This document shows, one piece after another, positions 1-11,047 of a DNA stretch of 64,000 nucleotides (position 1 is the stretch's first letter; each line of letters opens with the position of its first letter). The notes under the pieces were generated by a model. The model was not told the DNA's origin. It did not search any database and saw only the letters and a program-made list of their open reading frames with translations. The position numbers and the translations under genes were made by a program. Source of the stretch: Thermodesulfovibrionales bacterium (GTDB taxonomy: Bacteria > Nitrospirota > Thermodesulfovibrionia > Thermodesulfovibrionales > UBA6898); contig JBIOIY010000008.1 of assembly GCA_044450345.1 (NCBI GenBank), forward strand, positions 1-64,000, read 5' to 3'.

Positions 1-131
1 TATGTCGCCTGCCCGGTAAACGCCAGCACCTTCGTGATCGCAGCCGTCAACGTCGTCTTGCCGTGGTCTACGTGCCCTATCGTCCCTACGTTGCAATGGG
101 GTTTCGTCCTCTCAAATTTTGCCTTTGCCAT
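1..131 (-). CDS. tuf: Elongation factor Tu, N-terminal part (runs off the window start)
   Basis: Reverse-strand translation [41 protein letters not shown]; lies downstream of fusA. Confidence 0.97.
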   Translation of the reverse strand, partial: MAKAKFERTKPHCNVGTIGHVDHGKTTLTAAITKVLAFTGQAT

Positions 132-196
132 CTTGCCTCCTTCCTATATCTTCTTGCAGTGCGGCCGGAATAATCCGGCGTCCACCTGGTTACTCT

Positions 197-2272
197 CTAT
201 TCGCCCTTGACCTTAGCGACAATCGTTTCTGCGATACTCTTCGGCACTTCATCGTAATTTGCGAACTGCATCGTGTACGTCGCCCTGCCCTGGGTCTTGG
301 ACCTGAGGTCAGTGGCGTATCCGAACATCTCGGCGAGGGGGACCTGGGCCTTGATCACCTGGGCCTTGCCGCGTTTTTCCATCTGCTGTATCTTTCCCCT
401 GCGGGAATTGAGGTCGCCGATAACGTCGCCCATATAGTCCTCGGGCGTTACCACTTCGACATTCATGATCGGCTCGAGGATGAGCGGCTTCGCCTTTTTA
501 GCAGCTTCTTTGAACCCCATCGAGCCGGCGATCTTAAACGCCATTTCCGATGAGTCGACTTCGTGATATGAGCCGTCATAGAGGGTCGCCCTGACGTCAA
601 CAACAGGATATCCAGCAAGTATTCCGCCGTCCAATGCTTCCTTAATGCCTTTATCGACGGCAGACCAGTATTCTCTCGGTACGGAACCACCAACGACCTT
701 GCTCACGAACTCATATCCTTTTCCCGGCTGGGGTTCGAGTTCGATATACACATGACCGTACTGGCCGCGGCCGCCTGATTGCCTGACAAACTTTCCTTCC
801 GCCTTAGCGGAGGTCTTTATCGTCTCTCTGTATGCAACCTGGGGCTTGCCGACATTCGCCCCTACCTTAAACTCCCTTAGAAGCCTGTCTACTATGATCT
901 CCAGGTGAAGCTCTCCCATTCCCGAGATAATCGTCTGGCCCGTCTCTTCATTGGTCGTTACCCTGAAGGAAGGGTCTTCCTGGGTGAGCTTCCCGAGTGA
1001 TTGCCCGAGCCTCTCCTGATCGGCCTTTGTCTTGGGCTCTATAGCAACAGAAATAACCGGTTCCGGAAAATCCATCGCTTCAAGTATTACCGGCTTCTTC
1101 TCGTCGCAAAGGGTGTCTCCCGTAAGGGTGCTCTTTAAGCCGACGGCAGCTGCAATGTCGCCTGCCGAAACTTCCTTTATATCTTCTCTCTTATTCGCAT
1201 GCATCTTGAGCAGTCTGCCGACTCTTTCTTTTGTCCCCTTGGTCGAATTGTACACATATGAGCCTGCAGCCATAACGCCGGAATATACTCTCAAAAAGGT
1301 AAGCTGGCCTACAAACGGGTCAGTCATCACCTTGAAGGCGAATGCCGCAAAGGGTTCCTTGTCATCGGCCTTTCTCAATACGTCGGCCCCACTGTCCGGG
1401 TCCTTACCTATCACGGGAGGGATATCGTGCGGTGAAGGCAGGTAGTCAACGATGGCATCAAGAAGCTGCTGCACCCCTTTGTTCTTAAATGCGGTCCCGC
1501 AGAGGACGGGAGTAAACTTCATCTCTATCGTGCCCTTCCTGAGGGCCGCCCTTATCTCATTTTCGCCGACTTCGCCGCCGCTCAGGTATTTTTCCATGAT
1601 TTTTTCATCGACGTCGGAGATTGCCTCGATCATCTTTTCCCTGAATTCCCTCGCCTGGGGCATGAGCTGGTCGGGGATGTCGCCCTCGACGAATTTTGCT
1701 CCGAGCGTCTCGTCGTCATAATAGAGAGCCTTCATCGTCACAAGGTCGATCGGCCCCCTGAAATTCTCTTCTGCGCCTATAGGAAGCTGAACCGGGACCG
1801 GGGCAGCGCCCAACCTGTCGACCATGCTGTTTACCGCCATATAAAAATCGGCTCCCATCCTGTCCATTTTGTTCATAAAGGCGATCCTGGGCACATTATA
1901 CTTGTCCGCCTGTCTCCAGACCGTTTCGGACTGAGGTTCTACACCCGCCACCGAATCGAATACCGCCACTGCTCCGTCAAGCACCCTTAATGACCTCTCC
2001 ACCTCGATCGTAAAATCAACATGCCCCGGGGTATCTATGATATTTATTTTGTGGTCTCTCCAAAAACAAGTCGTTGCGGCGGATGTTATGGTAATACCTC
2101 TTTCCTGTTCCTGGACCATCCAGTCCATAACAGCGGTCCCTTCATGGACCTCGCCTATCTTATAGGTAACACCCGTATAATAGAGGATCCGTTCCGTGGT
2201 CGTGGTTTTCCCCGCATCGATGTGGGCCATGATTCCGATATTGCGTGTTGTTTCCAGCGGGAATGTCGACAA
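197..2272 (-). CDS. fusA: Elongation factor G
   Basis: [27 protein letters not shown] motifs; 691 aa; str operon context. Confidence 0.99.
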   Translation of the reverse strand: MSTFPLETTRNIGIMAHIDAGKTTTTERILYYTGVTYKIGEVHEGTAVMDWMVQEQERGITITSAATTCFWRDHKINIIDTPGHVDFTIEVERSLRVLDGAVAVFDSVAGVEPQSETVWRQADKYNVPRIAFMNKMDRMGADFYMAVNSMVDRLGAAPVPVQLPIGAEENFRGPIDLVTMKALYYDDETLGAKFVEGDIPDQLMPQAREFREKMIEAISDVDEKIMEKYLSGGEVGENEIRAALRKGTIEMKFTPVLCGTAFKNKGVQQLLDAIVDYLPSPHDIPPVIGKDPDSGADVLRKADDKEPFAAFAFKVMTDPFVGQLTFLRVYSGVMAAGSYVYNSTKGTKERVGRLLKMHANKREDIKEVSAGDIAAAVGLKSTLTGDTLCDEKKPVILEAMDFPEPVISVAIEPKTKADQERLGQSLGKLTQEDPSFRVTTNEETGQTIISGMGELHLEIIVDRLLREFKVGANVGKPQVAYRETIKTSAKAEGKFVRQSGGRGQYGHVYIELEPQPGKGYEFVSKVVGGSVPREYWSAVDKGIKEALDGGILAGYPVVDVRATLYDGSYHEVDSSEMAFKIAGSMGFKEAAKKAKPLILEPIMNVEVVTPEDYMGDVIGDLNSRRGKIQQMEKRGKAQVIKAQVPLAEMFGYATDLRSKTQGRATYTMQFANYDEVPKSIAETIVAKVKGE

Positions 2273-2293
2273 AGTATCTCTCCTCTATTCTCT

Positions 2294-2767
<474 letters not shown>

Positions 2768-2789
2768 TTACTCCGTTATATGGATCCGT

Positions 2790-3161
2790 TTACTTAGGCT
2801 TCTTTGTCCCGTACTTCGACCTGCTGCGTCTCCTGTCGTTCACACCGGTAGAGTCGAGCGTGCCTCTTATAATATGGTATCTGACGCCGGGCAAGTCCTT
2901 GACCCTTCCGCCCCTTATCATGACGATGGAATGTTCCTGCAGGTTGTGTCCCACACCCGGGATATACGCGGTGACTTCCATCGCGTTCGTCAGCCTCACC
3001 CTTGCGACCTTCCTCAATGCAGAGTTCGGCTTCTTCGGCGTAGTCGTATAGACCCTCACACATACCCCCCTCTTCTGGGGACAGGATTTTAACGCAGGAC
3101 TCTTCGTTTTGATAACCAAACTTTTACGTCCCTGCCTGACTAATTGTGCTATTGTGGGCAC
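2790..3161 (-). CDS. rpsL: 30S ribosomal protein S12 (GTG start)
   Basis: [25 protein letters not shown]. Confidence 0.99.
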   Translation of the reverse strand: MPTIAQLVRQGRKSLVIKTKSPALKSCPQKRGVCVRVYTTTPKKPNSALRKVARVRLTNAMEVTAYIPGVGHNLQEHSIVMIRGGRVKDLPGVRYHIIRGTLDSTGVNDRRRSRSKYGTKKPK

Positions 3162-3219
3162 TTTTCCTCCATAAAAAATAAGTCACTTAATTCTTGATGC
3201 TCTGGCGAAAAACCTTACA

Positions 3220-3248
3220 ACTTTACCAGAGAAAAAAATATTTGTCAA
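3220..3248 (-). promoter_or_regulatory. Sigma70-type promoter of the str operon
   Basis: Minus strand TTGACA-17 nt-TAAAGT with an extended TG. Confidence 0.65.
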
Positions 3249-3409
3249 GTTTTTTGGGGCTAAACTGAAAAAAAGCACAGCCGTTAAAAAACCTGTATTG
3301 ATCTTCGGTTTGGAATAAACATTATAGCACAATATTACTAGGTAAAGTAAAGCGCTAAAGGCATACTATTTCCAACTCTTTTGATTAATAATCGCTACCT
3401 GCATAAAGG

Positions 3410-4702
3410 TCAGTGTTTAAAGGCCCTCTGCCCGGTAAATACCATTGTGACCTTCGGACCGGCCTGGTTGCACGCCTCGATGGATTCAAAATCCCTGTCG
3501 GAGCCGCCCGGATGCACAATCGCGGCGATCCCTTCCTTGATTCCAGCATCCACACCGTCTCTAAAAGGGAAAAAGGCGTCGGAAACCATAGTCGAGCCGA
3601 TAAGACCGCCCTTATCTTTTTTTGTCTTTTCATCTATCTCGCGCAGCGCCGAGGCATCCCTTTTGCCCTGTGATGCCTCAAGCTCGAAGGTCTTGTATGG
3701 CACGTCGTATTTCCTGAAGCAGAGGGCATCCGCATATTTTGTGTAAGCCTTGAAAACAGCTATCTCGGCGACCCCGACCCTGTCCTGTTCGCCGGTACCA
3801 ATTCCCACGGTAACCCCGTCCTTAACAAACAGGACGGAATTTGAAGTGACCCCTTGTTCTACACTCCAGCCGAAAAGCATGTCGTCATACTCTTTATCGG
3901 TAGGCCGGCGTTCAATCGCATACTCCTTTCCCTTATAGACGGTTTTTGCCGGGAGGAAGTCCTCTTTCGTCTTTATCTTGTTCAAAGGCGATTGCTGGAG
4001 GATGATCCCTCCGTCAATAAGCGACTTGAAATCCACAAAACGGGTAGACCTGTATTTTTCCAGGGCACCGATTTTGTGTATCCTGACTATCCGCAGGTTT
4101 TTCCTCTTTGCAAGGATGTCCACAACGCCCTCTTCAAAGTCGGGCGCGCCGACGACCTCCAGATAGTTGCCGCTCACCATTTCTGCACAGGCCTTATCCA
4201 TTGCCCGGTTGACAACAAGACAACCGCCGAAGGCGGCGATCCTGTCGGCCATGTTCGCCCTTTCATACGCTTCTGCAACGTTCTTACCATATGCCACCCC
4301 GCACGGGTTGTTATGTTTCATAATGGTCGCAGCAGGTCCGGCAGAGAGGAATTTGAGGATATTAAGCGCATTATCAAGGTCGGTAAGGTTGGTCTTGCCC
4401 GGATGCTTTCCTGCCTGTATCATGTCATCCTCGGTGATGCTGCTCACAAGACCATTGCCCGCTTCAATAAATTTGCAGTCTCCCAGCACCAGATTCCCGT
4501 TTACGAGTTCAAAAAGCGCAGCCTGCTGGTCGGGATTTTCTCCGTAGCGGAGCCCTTTCTCTATAAGTTCCCCGGTCTTTTCATCGGGGATCTTCCATGT
4601 CCTTTTTCTGTAGACAAGTGTTTGCTCCCCAAATCTTATCGTCATCTCGTCCGGGAAATTATCGTCCATAATAGTCTTGTACATCTTTTTTAGGTCAGCC
4701 AT
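3410..4702 (-). CDS. purH: PurH-like AICAR transformylase/IMP cyclohydrolase family protein (atypical N-terminus)
   Basis: LRYGENPDQ, KHNNPCG, SDAFFPFRDG, FTGQRAFKH; start chosen at the RBS-preceded ATG 4702. Confidence 0.85.
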   Translation of the reverse strand: MADLKKMYKTIMDDNFPDEMTIRFGEQTLVYRKRTWKIPDEKTGELIEKGLRYGENPDQQAALFELVNGNLVLGDCKFIEAGNGLVSSITEDDMIQAGKHPGKTNLTDLDNALNILKFLSAGPAATIMKHNNPCGVAYGKNVAEAYERANMADRIAAFGGCLVVNRAMDKACAEMVSGNYLEVVGAPDFEEGVVDILAKRKNLRIVRIHKIGALEKYRSTRFVDFKSLIDGGIILQQSPLNKIKTKEDFLPAKTVYKGKEYAIERRPTDKEYDDMLFGWSVEQGVTSNSVLFVKDGVTVGIGTGEQDRVGVAEIAVFKAYTKYADALCFRKYDVPYKTFELEASQGKRDASALREIDEKTKKDKGGLIGSTMVSDAFFPFRDGVDAGIKEGIAAIVHPGGSDRDFESIEACNQAGPKVTMVFTGQRAFKH

Positions 4703-4840
4703 GGCATTCTTCTCCTTAAGAAATATAGTATTCAAGCTCGTTAATTGCAGGCCTTTACTCAAAAACTAAGATAATAATACCAGAAAAGCGTATTTGAGGG
4801 AAGAGGCGCTTCACCTATGCTAAAATAGCATTTACCGGCT

Positions 4841-6337
4841 ATGGATCCCGAAAAAGAATACATACCAGTAACTGTCGATAAGAGCCATATTATCACAATC
4901 GGTGAAAGGCTATATACGGAGAGCATCGAGTTTGTCAGGGAAATCGTAAACAACGCATATGATGCCGATGCAACCCTTGTCGAAATCACAGTTTCAGAAG
5001 ATAATATCGAGATCAGGGACAACGGGACCGGCATGGACAGGGACGGGCTCAGACAGTATTTCAGCATCGGGTCGCAACTGAAGCTCCATACCTCGAAATC
5101 TCCTCTATATCATCGAGATCGGATAGGACAGTTCGGCATAGGGAAATTCGCAAGCCTTTCGGCCTGCGAGCGGTTTGAGGTCTTGACTAAAAAGGGTGAT
5201 TTTGTAGGACGGGTCATTTTTGACAAAACTGAGTGGGAGAAGGCCGGCGGCACGTGGAATCTTCCCCTCGAACTTTTGCCGCCCGACTTCAGAAAAACAG
5301 ATGGAATTACAGTCATGCTGACAGGCTTGAACAGACGGTTTGAACCGAGTGACATTGAAGCGCGAATAATTGAAGGGACCCCCCTCAAAGCGCCGAATTT
5401 CAGAGTAAAACTAAATAATCATACGCTCACCCCGAGAAGCCTTGCCGGCCATAAGGTCCCGTTTCTGGAAGGTACGGAATTCGGAGCGGTGCATGGTGAA
5501 ATTATCATCTTACCCCAGACAATGGCGTCTACGGCAGAACTCGGCATTGAGATCAAGGTCAAGCAGGTTACGGTCCGAAGAGAGCTCTTCGGGATGGAGA
5601 CGTGGGGGAAGATCATGGCAAGGGTCAGAGGAGAAGTGAATGCCGACTTCTTGCCTATAACGAGCGACCGGACAGGCTTTATTAGGGATTCAGCCGAATA
5701 CCGGGCTTTTTTGTCGGTGATGGACAAGGTCATAGAGGAAATAAAAAAAGTCCTCCACAGGCTGACAGCAAAAAAAGAGGGCAGGGTCGTAAGTCGGGCC
5801 TTGAACGAGGCCCTGCATCGCATATATAAAGCTTTATCTCACAATCCCGAACTTTCCCCTTTCGGCACTTTGCCTATCGCAGATGAAGCCGGCAAGGGGA
5901 TCGGTGGGGCAGGGCTTTTGTCGGAAAAGAAGGCTGAAGAGACGGGCATTGGAGATAACGCCTCGCCGACAGGAGAAGAAAAGGAAAAAACGCCTGTAAA
6001 AAAGAAGAGGAAAAAGAGACCTCAAGTAAAGCGGCTGACCCCCAATGCTGTCATTAAGAAGATGAAGTTCGGGCAATACGGCGTCTCCTGTATCGTCGAC
6101 AGCTTCGGAGAAGAGGGATCTGAGGTCTTTACGGAAGAGACGACCATTTACATCAACAGGGACCATCCTCTTTATAAGAGAGAATCAGGAAAGGCCGACA
6201 CCCATACCCTCAATCTTGCGAGACTTATCACCCAGGAGATAGCCTTAATGAAGGATTCGAAAAATCCGAGACAGGCGTTTGAACGACAGTCAAGGCTTTT
6301 AAAGGACGCGTTTATCGAGAAAGAAAAGATAGATTGA
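4841..6337 (+). CDS. GHKL (Hsp90/MutL/MORC-like) ATPase
   Basis: REIVNNAYDADA, DNGTGM, IGQFGIGK motifs; second-domain GEVNADFLPITSDR. Confidence 0.85.
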   Translation: MDPEKEYIPVTVDKSHIITIGERLYTESIEFVREIVNNAYDADATLVEITVSEDNIEIRDNGTGMDRDGLRQYFSIGSQLKLHTSKSPLYHRDRIGQFGIGKFASLSACERFEVLTKKGDFVGRVIFDKTEWEKAGGTWNLPLELLPPDFRKTDGITVMLTGLNRRFEPSDIEARIIEGTPLKAPNFRVKLNNHTLTPRSLAGHKVPFLEGTEFGAVHGEIIILPQTMASTAELGIEIKVKQVTVRRELFGMETWGKIMARVRGEVNADFLPITSDRTGFIRDSAEYRAFLSVMDKVIEEIKKVLHRLTAKKEGRVVSRALNEALHRIYKALSHNPELSPFGTLPIADEAGKGIGGAGLLSEKKAEETGIGDNASPTGEEKEKTPVKKKRKKRPQVKRLTPNAVIKKMKFGQYGVSCIVDSFGEEGSEVFTEETTIYINRDHPLYKRESGKADTHTLNLARLITQEIALMKDSKNPRQAFERQSRLLKDAFIEKEKID

Positions 6338-6347
6338 GGTATATTTC

Positions 6348-6923
6348 ATGAAAAACATCGCTAATTTTTTATTCGAGGCCGGGATGCTCAAGCGCACACC
6401 CAGGACCGGCTTTCAATTCCTCGGCTCCGGGGCTGAATCGGTTGCAGAACATATTTTCAGAACAGTGTATATAGGATATACCCTGGGGAAGATGACGAAA
6501 AACGTCGATACCGACAGGCTTATCAAGATCTGCCTTTTTCACGACCTCCCGGAGGCAAGGACCGGCGATCTCAATTACGTCAACAAAAAATATGTGAGGG
6601 CCGATACAGGAAAGGCAGTGGAGGACCTTGCTTCGACTATCCCTTTCGGCAATGAGATCAAAGAACTAATCGAGGAATTCGAAAAAGGGGAAAGCATCGA
6701 GGCCCAACTGGCCCATGATGCGGACCAACTGGAGTTGATACTGGCGCTCAAAGAATATAAAGATGTGGGAAACACATACGCAGACGAATGGCTTGAATAT
6801 GCCTTAAAGCGTCTAAAGACGAATATCGCACAGCAACTGGCCCAAACAATCCTCGAAACCGATTCTTCCCTTTGGTGGTTTTCGGACAAGAGTGACTGGT
6901 GGGTCACCGGAAAAGAGGAGTAA
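6348..6923 (+). CDS. HD-domain phosphohydrolase (YfbR/HDDC2-like)
   Basis: LKRTPRTG, ESVAEH, LFHDLPEARTGD, HDADQLE. Confidence 0.9.
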   Translation: MKNIANFLFEAGMLKRTPRTGFQFLGSGAESVAEHIFRTVYIGYTLGKMTKNVDTDRLIKICLFHDLPEARTGDLNYVNKKYVRADTGKAVEDLASTIPFGNEIKELIEEFEKGESIEAQLAHDADQLELILALKEYKDVGNTYADEWLEYALKRLKTNIAQQLAQTILETDSSLWWFSDKSDWWVTGKEE

Positions 6924-6925
6924 AA

Positions 6926-7022
6926 AGGTCAAGGTCGAGGTCAAGGTTGAGGTCGAAAATTTCTTAGCCTTAACCTTAACCTCAGCCTCAACCTGCTTTG
7001 CTTTAGCCTCAGCCTTAACCTG
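6926..7022. repeat. Hexamer tandem array followed by its inverted complement
   Basis: (AGGTCA/AGGTCG/AGGTTG)n, then (TAACCT/TAGCCT/CAGCCT/CAACCT)n, between convergent genes. Confidence 0.85.
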
Positions 7023-7023
7023 T

Positions 7024-8232
7024 TTATCTGATTGTTTGTTTCAGCCTCTCTGCCACTGCGTCGATAAACTCCTCTGTATGCGCATATTTTGAAACCTTAG
7101 GTTCCGCAATAAGCATCAGGTCTTTCGTCACGGTCCCGCTTTCGGCTGTCTCGATGACCGCCTTTTCGAGGGTGAGGGCGAAGTTGACCACATCCGGAGT
7201 ATCGTCCATCTCCCCGCGTTTCGCAAGCGCACCCGTCCACGCAAAGATAGAAGCGATTGAATTGGTCGACGTAGGATTCCCTTTGAGATGTTCATAATAA
7301 TGCCGCACGACCGTACCGTGGGCTGCCTCGAATTCGTATTTGCCGTCCGGAGAAACAAGGACTGAGGTCATAAGTCCGAGGCTGCCGAATCCGGTAGCGA
7401 CCATATCGGACATGACGTCGCCGTCATAGTTCATGCAGGCCCAGAGCATACCCCCTTCAGATTTCATTATCTGCGCCACCGCATCATCAATAAGGAGATA
7501 CCGGTAGCGTATGCCCGCAGCATCAAAGCGCTCCTTTACTGTATCTATCTCCTCCGCAAAGATGTCCCTGAAAAAACCGTGGTACTGTTTCGAGATCGTG
7601 TCCTTCGCACCGAACCAGAGGTCGACCTTTTCCCCGAGCGCATAATTGATGCAGGCCTTCGCAAAACTCCTGATGGAGGACTCTGTATTATGCATCCCCA
7701 TAACAACTCCCCTGCCGATGAAATCATGGACCTTCAGGACCTTCTTTTCCCCCCCGTCCGCAGGAGCAAACACAAGCTCGGCCCTGCCCGGAACATCAAC
7801 AACAAGTTCCGTGCATTTATAGATGTCACCGTAGGCGTGACGGCCGATCATGATAGGCTTCTTCCATGTGCGCACGGCAGGCGGTATGTTCTTTAGAATA
7901 ATCGGTTTCCTGAAAACAGTTCCATCCAGGATCGAACGGATCGTGCCGTTCGGACTTTTCCACTGCTGCTTGAGGGTATATTCCTTCACCCTGGCTGCAT
8001 TCGGAGTGATCGTGGCGCACTTCACCCCGATTCCAGTCTCCTTGATCGCCTCCGCCGCATCAACGGTCACCTTGTCGTCGGTCGCGTCTCTTTGTTTGAT
8101 CCCCAGGTCGAAATAGCGGATCTCCATATCCAGAAACGGGGACAATAGTTTCTCTTTTATCATATGCCAGATTATTCTGGCCATTTCGTCGCCGTCCATC
8201 TCGACTATGGGATTTTTCACTTTAATAGTCAC
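7024..8232 (-). CDS. icd: NADP-dependent isocitrate dehydrogenase
   Basis: [37 protein letters not shown]. Confidence 0.96.
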   Translation of the reverse strand: MTIKVKNPIVEMDGDEMARIIWHMIKEKLLSPFLDMEIRYFDLGIKQRDATDDKVTVDAAEAIKETGIGVKCATITPNAARVKEYTLKQQWKSPNGTIRSILDGTVFRKPIILKNIPPAVRTWKKPIMIGRHAYGDIYKCTELVVDVPGRAELVFAPADGGEKKVLKVHDFIGRGVVMGMHNTESSIRSFAKACINYALGEKVDLWFGAKDTISKQYHGFFRDIFAEEIDTVKERFDAAGIRYRYLLIDDAVAQIMKSEGGMLWACMNYDGDVMSDMVATGFGSLGLMTSVLVSPDGKYEFEAAHGTVVRHYYEHLKGNPTSTNSIASIFAWTGALAKRGEMDDTPDVVNFALTLEKAVIETAESGTVTKDLMLIAEPKVSKYAHTEEFIDAVAERLKQTIR

Positions 8233-8352
8233 TGTATTCCCCCGTTCTTATTAAGATATAGAACTGATAATTTAAATTGTATTCTGCCTTGCTGTCAACG
8301 GCGATCTGGTATCCGATGTACCCTTTAATATATCGGGAATGTCATCGTTACA

Positions 8353-8429
8353 AAAATCCCTCCTAACCTCCCTTTGCTAAAGGGAGGAACTAGTCCCCTC
8401 TTTGGCAAAGAGGGGCAAGGGGAGATTTT
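8353..8429. repeat. REP-like palindromic element (CCTCCCTTT-AAAGGGAGG / CCCCTCTTT-AAAGAGGGG)
   Basis: Two internal hairpins inside outer arms AAAATCCC...GGAGATTTT. Confidence 0.85.
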
Positions 8430-8557
8430 ATGAAAATTGCCACTCGCCGCTTAATGCTTACTATCCAATTGGAACGGGTGAATTCATTGGCGGTTCAAAT
8501 AACTCCGCGTTTTATGATAGGATATTTTCAAAATCACATTACTGCGAAGGAGTACCC

Positions 8558-8917
8558 ATGGCTGAAAAATGGTATGAGGGCCTGCCGGATGACGCGTTTA
8601 AGACCGAGAACGCTAAGACGTACGAGAAGGCTGAAGCGACTATCAGGGCGAAGCTCGCGCAGGGGCTTGATTTCGACAGCGCCTGTGCAGCCGTCTCAAT
8701 AACGGACGAAGAACTCAGAAAAAGCATCATTGACGACATGCTGAAGGTCCTTATTGCGGAGGAGCATTTCACAAAAGGCGTCTCCCTCGATGAAATGGCA
8801 AAAAAATTGGGAATTGCGGTCGGTCGTCTTGAAAAGGCAAAGGCAGAGATGATGGAAGACGTCAAAGAAGCCTCGGGCAGGGCCTTTTATAGGGTCCCTG
8901 GCCACGGCAACGCATGA
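8558..8917 (+). CDS. Hypothetical helical protein
   Basis: ATG with GAAGGA RBS; 119 aa; no recognised motif. Confidence 0.7.
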   Translation: MAEKWYEGLPDDAFKTENAKTYEKAEATIRAKLAQGLDFDSACAAVSITDEELRKSIIDDMLKVLIAEEHFTKGVSLDEMAKKLGIAVGRLEKAKAEMMEDVKEASGRAFYRVPGHGNA

Positions 8918-8921
8918 TCTG

Positions 8922-9548
8922 GTGGCGGCCAGGACTGAGGGAATCCCCTTCATAGCAGACACAACTGTTACTCATCCCGCTTCTTCGGCCATTAAATCCG
9001 GCACCCTCTCCGGGGATTTCGTGGTCCAGGGAGTCCATTTTAAAAAAGGTTCGGTCCTCGGCTTTGATGAAAAAGGGAAGCTCTGGAGATGCAATATTTC
9101 CGAAGACACCGTCATAAACGGATTGCCCTGCAAGTCCAGGAGCGAGGTGGAATTCTTCCCCGAAGGAAACGTTCTTTCCTGCATGCTTTCGGCGGATACG
9201 CAGATCGGGGGCATCTCTGCGGCCGCAGGGACCTTGCTCATGTTTCACCGAAATGGCGGCATCTTCAAATGTGATATGGTCCATGACATGGTCATCGACG
9301 GGTACCCTGTTCGTTGCGGAGATGTCTGTTTTTTCGATAACGGCCGATTGTCGGCCTTTTATCTCTCTGAAGACCGCGCCATCGAAGGGATATCATGCAA
9401 AAAAGGTACGCGCGTCTGGCTCCGGGAAGACAGACGGCTCTCCGCATGTACCGCCGGCCGGGATGTAATAATACAGGGCGATCTATACAAGGCCGGCGAG
9501 CTTATTGTCTTCCGGGAAGACGGCGCTTTGCTTGACTACCGCTCATGA
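8922..9548 (+). CDS. 30-aa repeat protein (MORN/YwqK-like)
   Basis: Repeats F-x-x-N-G-x-L-x-x-C...D-x-x-I-x-G-x-P-C. Confidence 0.75.
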   Translation: MAARTEGIPFIADTTVTHPASSAIKSGTLSGDFVVQGVHFKKGSVLGFDEKGKLWRCNISEDTVINGLPCKSRSEVEFFPEGNVLSCMLSADTQIGGISAAAGTLLMFHRNGGIFKCDMVHDMVIDGYPVRCGDVCFFDNGRLSAFYLSEDRAIEGISCKKGTRVWLREDRRLSACTAGRDVIIQGDLYKAGELIVFREDGALLDYRS

Positions 9549-10198
9549 CAATGCTTTATTACCCCAACGGCAGTCTGCAGGGAAAACTCCTTGCCTCCGA
9601 TGAAGAGGTCGGAAAGATACTATGCAGGGCCGGTTCCTGGGTATGGTTTAATAAGGTCGGCGGCGTCTCAAGCCTTGTGCCTGTTTCCGACACAGTGATT
9701 GACGGCATCGCCTGCAAGGCAAGCTCAAAGGTCCATTTCCACGAAAACGGCAGGCTGTTGAGGTGCAACATGCCGGAAGACGGTATGGTAAAGGGAATCC
9801 CGGTGCGGTCCGACACGTTTCTGCTTTTTTTTGAGAACGGCGCTCTTTCTGCCTGCAGGCTTTCCGAAAATATCCGTTGCCAGGGAATCCCCTGTAAAGA
9901 AGGACGTTGGATAGGGTTTTATGATGACGGCTGCCTGAAAAGATGCTTTCTCGCTGAGGACACGAGGGTCTCGGGCGTTACGCTCAAGCAGGGGGCGTGG
10001 GCCTCTTTCCACCGAAACGGCATGCTCGATAACTACCGGCTCACCGAAGATGCGTTGATCCAGGGGGTGGAATGTGAAGCAGGGGACATACTCTTATTTG
10101 ATGAAGAAGGGAAGTTGACGGAAAGAATAAAAAAGCCTTTTCCGGCAAAGGAAGGTATGAAGAAACCGATTTCGGCGGTGACAAAGCAATCCACGTAG
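9545..10198 (+). CDS. 30-aa repeat protein, paralogue of the upstream gene
   Basis: Same repeat unit; ATGA overlap with the previous gene. Confidence 0.75.
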   Translation: MTMLYYPNGSLQGKLLASDEEVGKILCRAGSWVWFNKVGGVSSLVPVSDTVIDGIACKASSKVHFHENGRLLRCNMPEDGMVKGIPVRSDTFLLFFENGALSACRLSENIRCQGIPCKEGRWIGFYDDGCLKRCFLAEDTRVSGVTLKQGAWASFHRNGMLDNYRLTEDALIQGVECEAGDILLFDEEGKLTERIKKPFPAKEGMKKPISAVTKQST

Positions 10199-10276
10199 TA
10201 AAGTTGCTCACTCGTGACCTCCCCGACAAGCCTGCGGATTTTCAAGTGCTGCTCGCTACCTTTTATTTTCATTTAA

Positions 10277-10390
10277 CCCTCACCCCTGCCCTCTCCCACT
10301 CTCGGGAGAGGGGGCATAACGATGCCCTGCTTTTAATTCCCTCGCCCTCCGGGAGAGGGTTAGGGTGAGGGATTCCAAGACGCCATTAAG
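10277..10390. repeat. REP-like element CCCTCACCCC-CCCTCTCCC/GGGAGAGGG-GGGTGAGGG (left copy)
   Basis: Palindromic; directly repeated at 10686-10871. Confidence 0.9.
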
Positions 10391-10679
10391 ATTCATCAGC
10401 ACCTCATTATTCCAAAACCTTACCACTTTATAGCCGCCGGCCCTAAGAAAAGCGTCTCTGTGTTGATCATATTCGACCTGCGCCGAATGATGACCGCCAT
10501 CGATCTCAACAATCAGCATAGCCTCTTTGCTACAGAAAGTCCGCAACATATGGGCCTACAGGGACCTGACGCCGGAACTTGTAATTATCCAATCCCCGCG
10601 CTCTCAGCCTTCGCCATAATGCCGCTTCCGCATCCGTCTGGTTCCTGCGAAGTATGCGAGCTTTGGGTGTGTTATCCAT
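10280..10679 (-). pseudogene. DUF559 (Vsr-like endonuclease) gene, frameshifted
   Basis: MDNTPKARILRRNQTDAEAALWRRLR...KFRRQVPVGPYVADF, frameshift near 10535, then CSKEAMLIVEIDGGHH...VVRFWNNEV. Confidence 0.88.
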
Positions 10680-10685
10680 TAGAAG

Positions 10686-10871
10686 CCCTCACCCCTGCCC
10701 TCTCCCAGTCTCGGGAGAGGGAGTATAAACAATGCCCTGCTCTTAATTTCCCTCGCCTGCCGGGAGACCGCGCTCCCTGTTAATTCCCTCGCCCTCCGCG
10801 AGATGTCCTCCTCTAATTTCCCTCGCCCTCCGGGAGAGGGTTAGGGTGAGGGATTCCAAGACGTCATTAAG
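10686..10871. repeat. REP-like element (right, internally expanded copy)
   Basis: Three TTCCCTCGCC subunits; ends in GATTCCAAGACG(T/C)CATTAAG like the left copy. Confidence 0.9.
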
Positions 10872-11047
10872 TGCCTGTTTGTCATCCGGCTTTTATTATA
10901 TAACCGGGGGATAAAAAATCGGGAGCATAGAGATGGTAAGTACTCCTTTTGCTAGAATGAAGCTATCCCTTTCGCAGAGGTGCGATATGGCTCAGTTAAA
11001 TAACCGTGAGGAATACGAGGCGTATCTGCCCGCTAAATATGCGGTGG

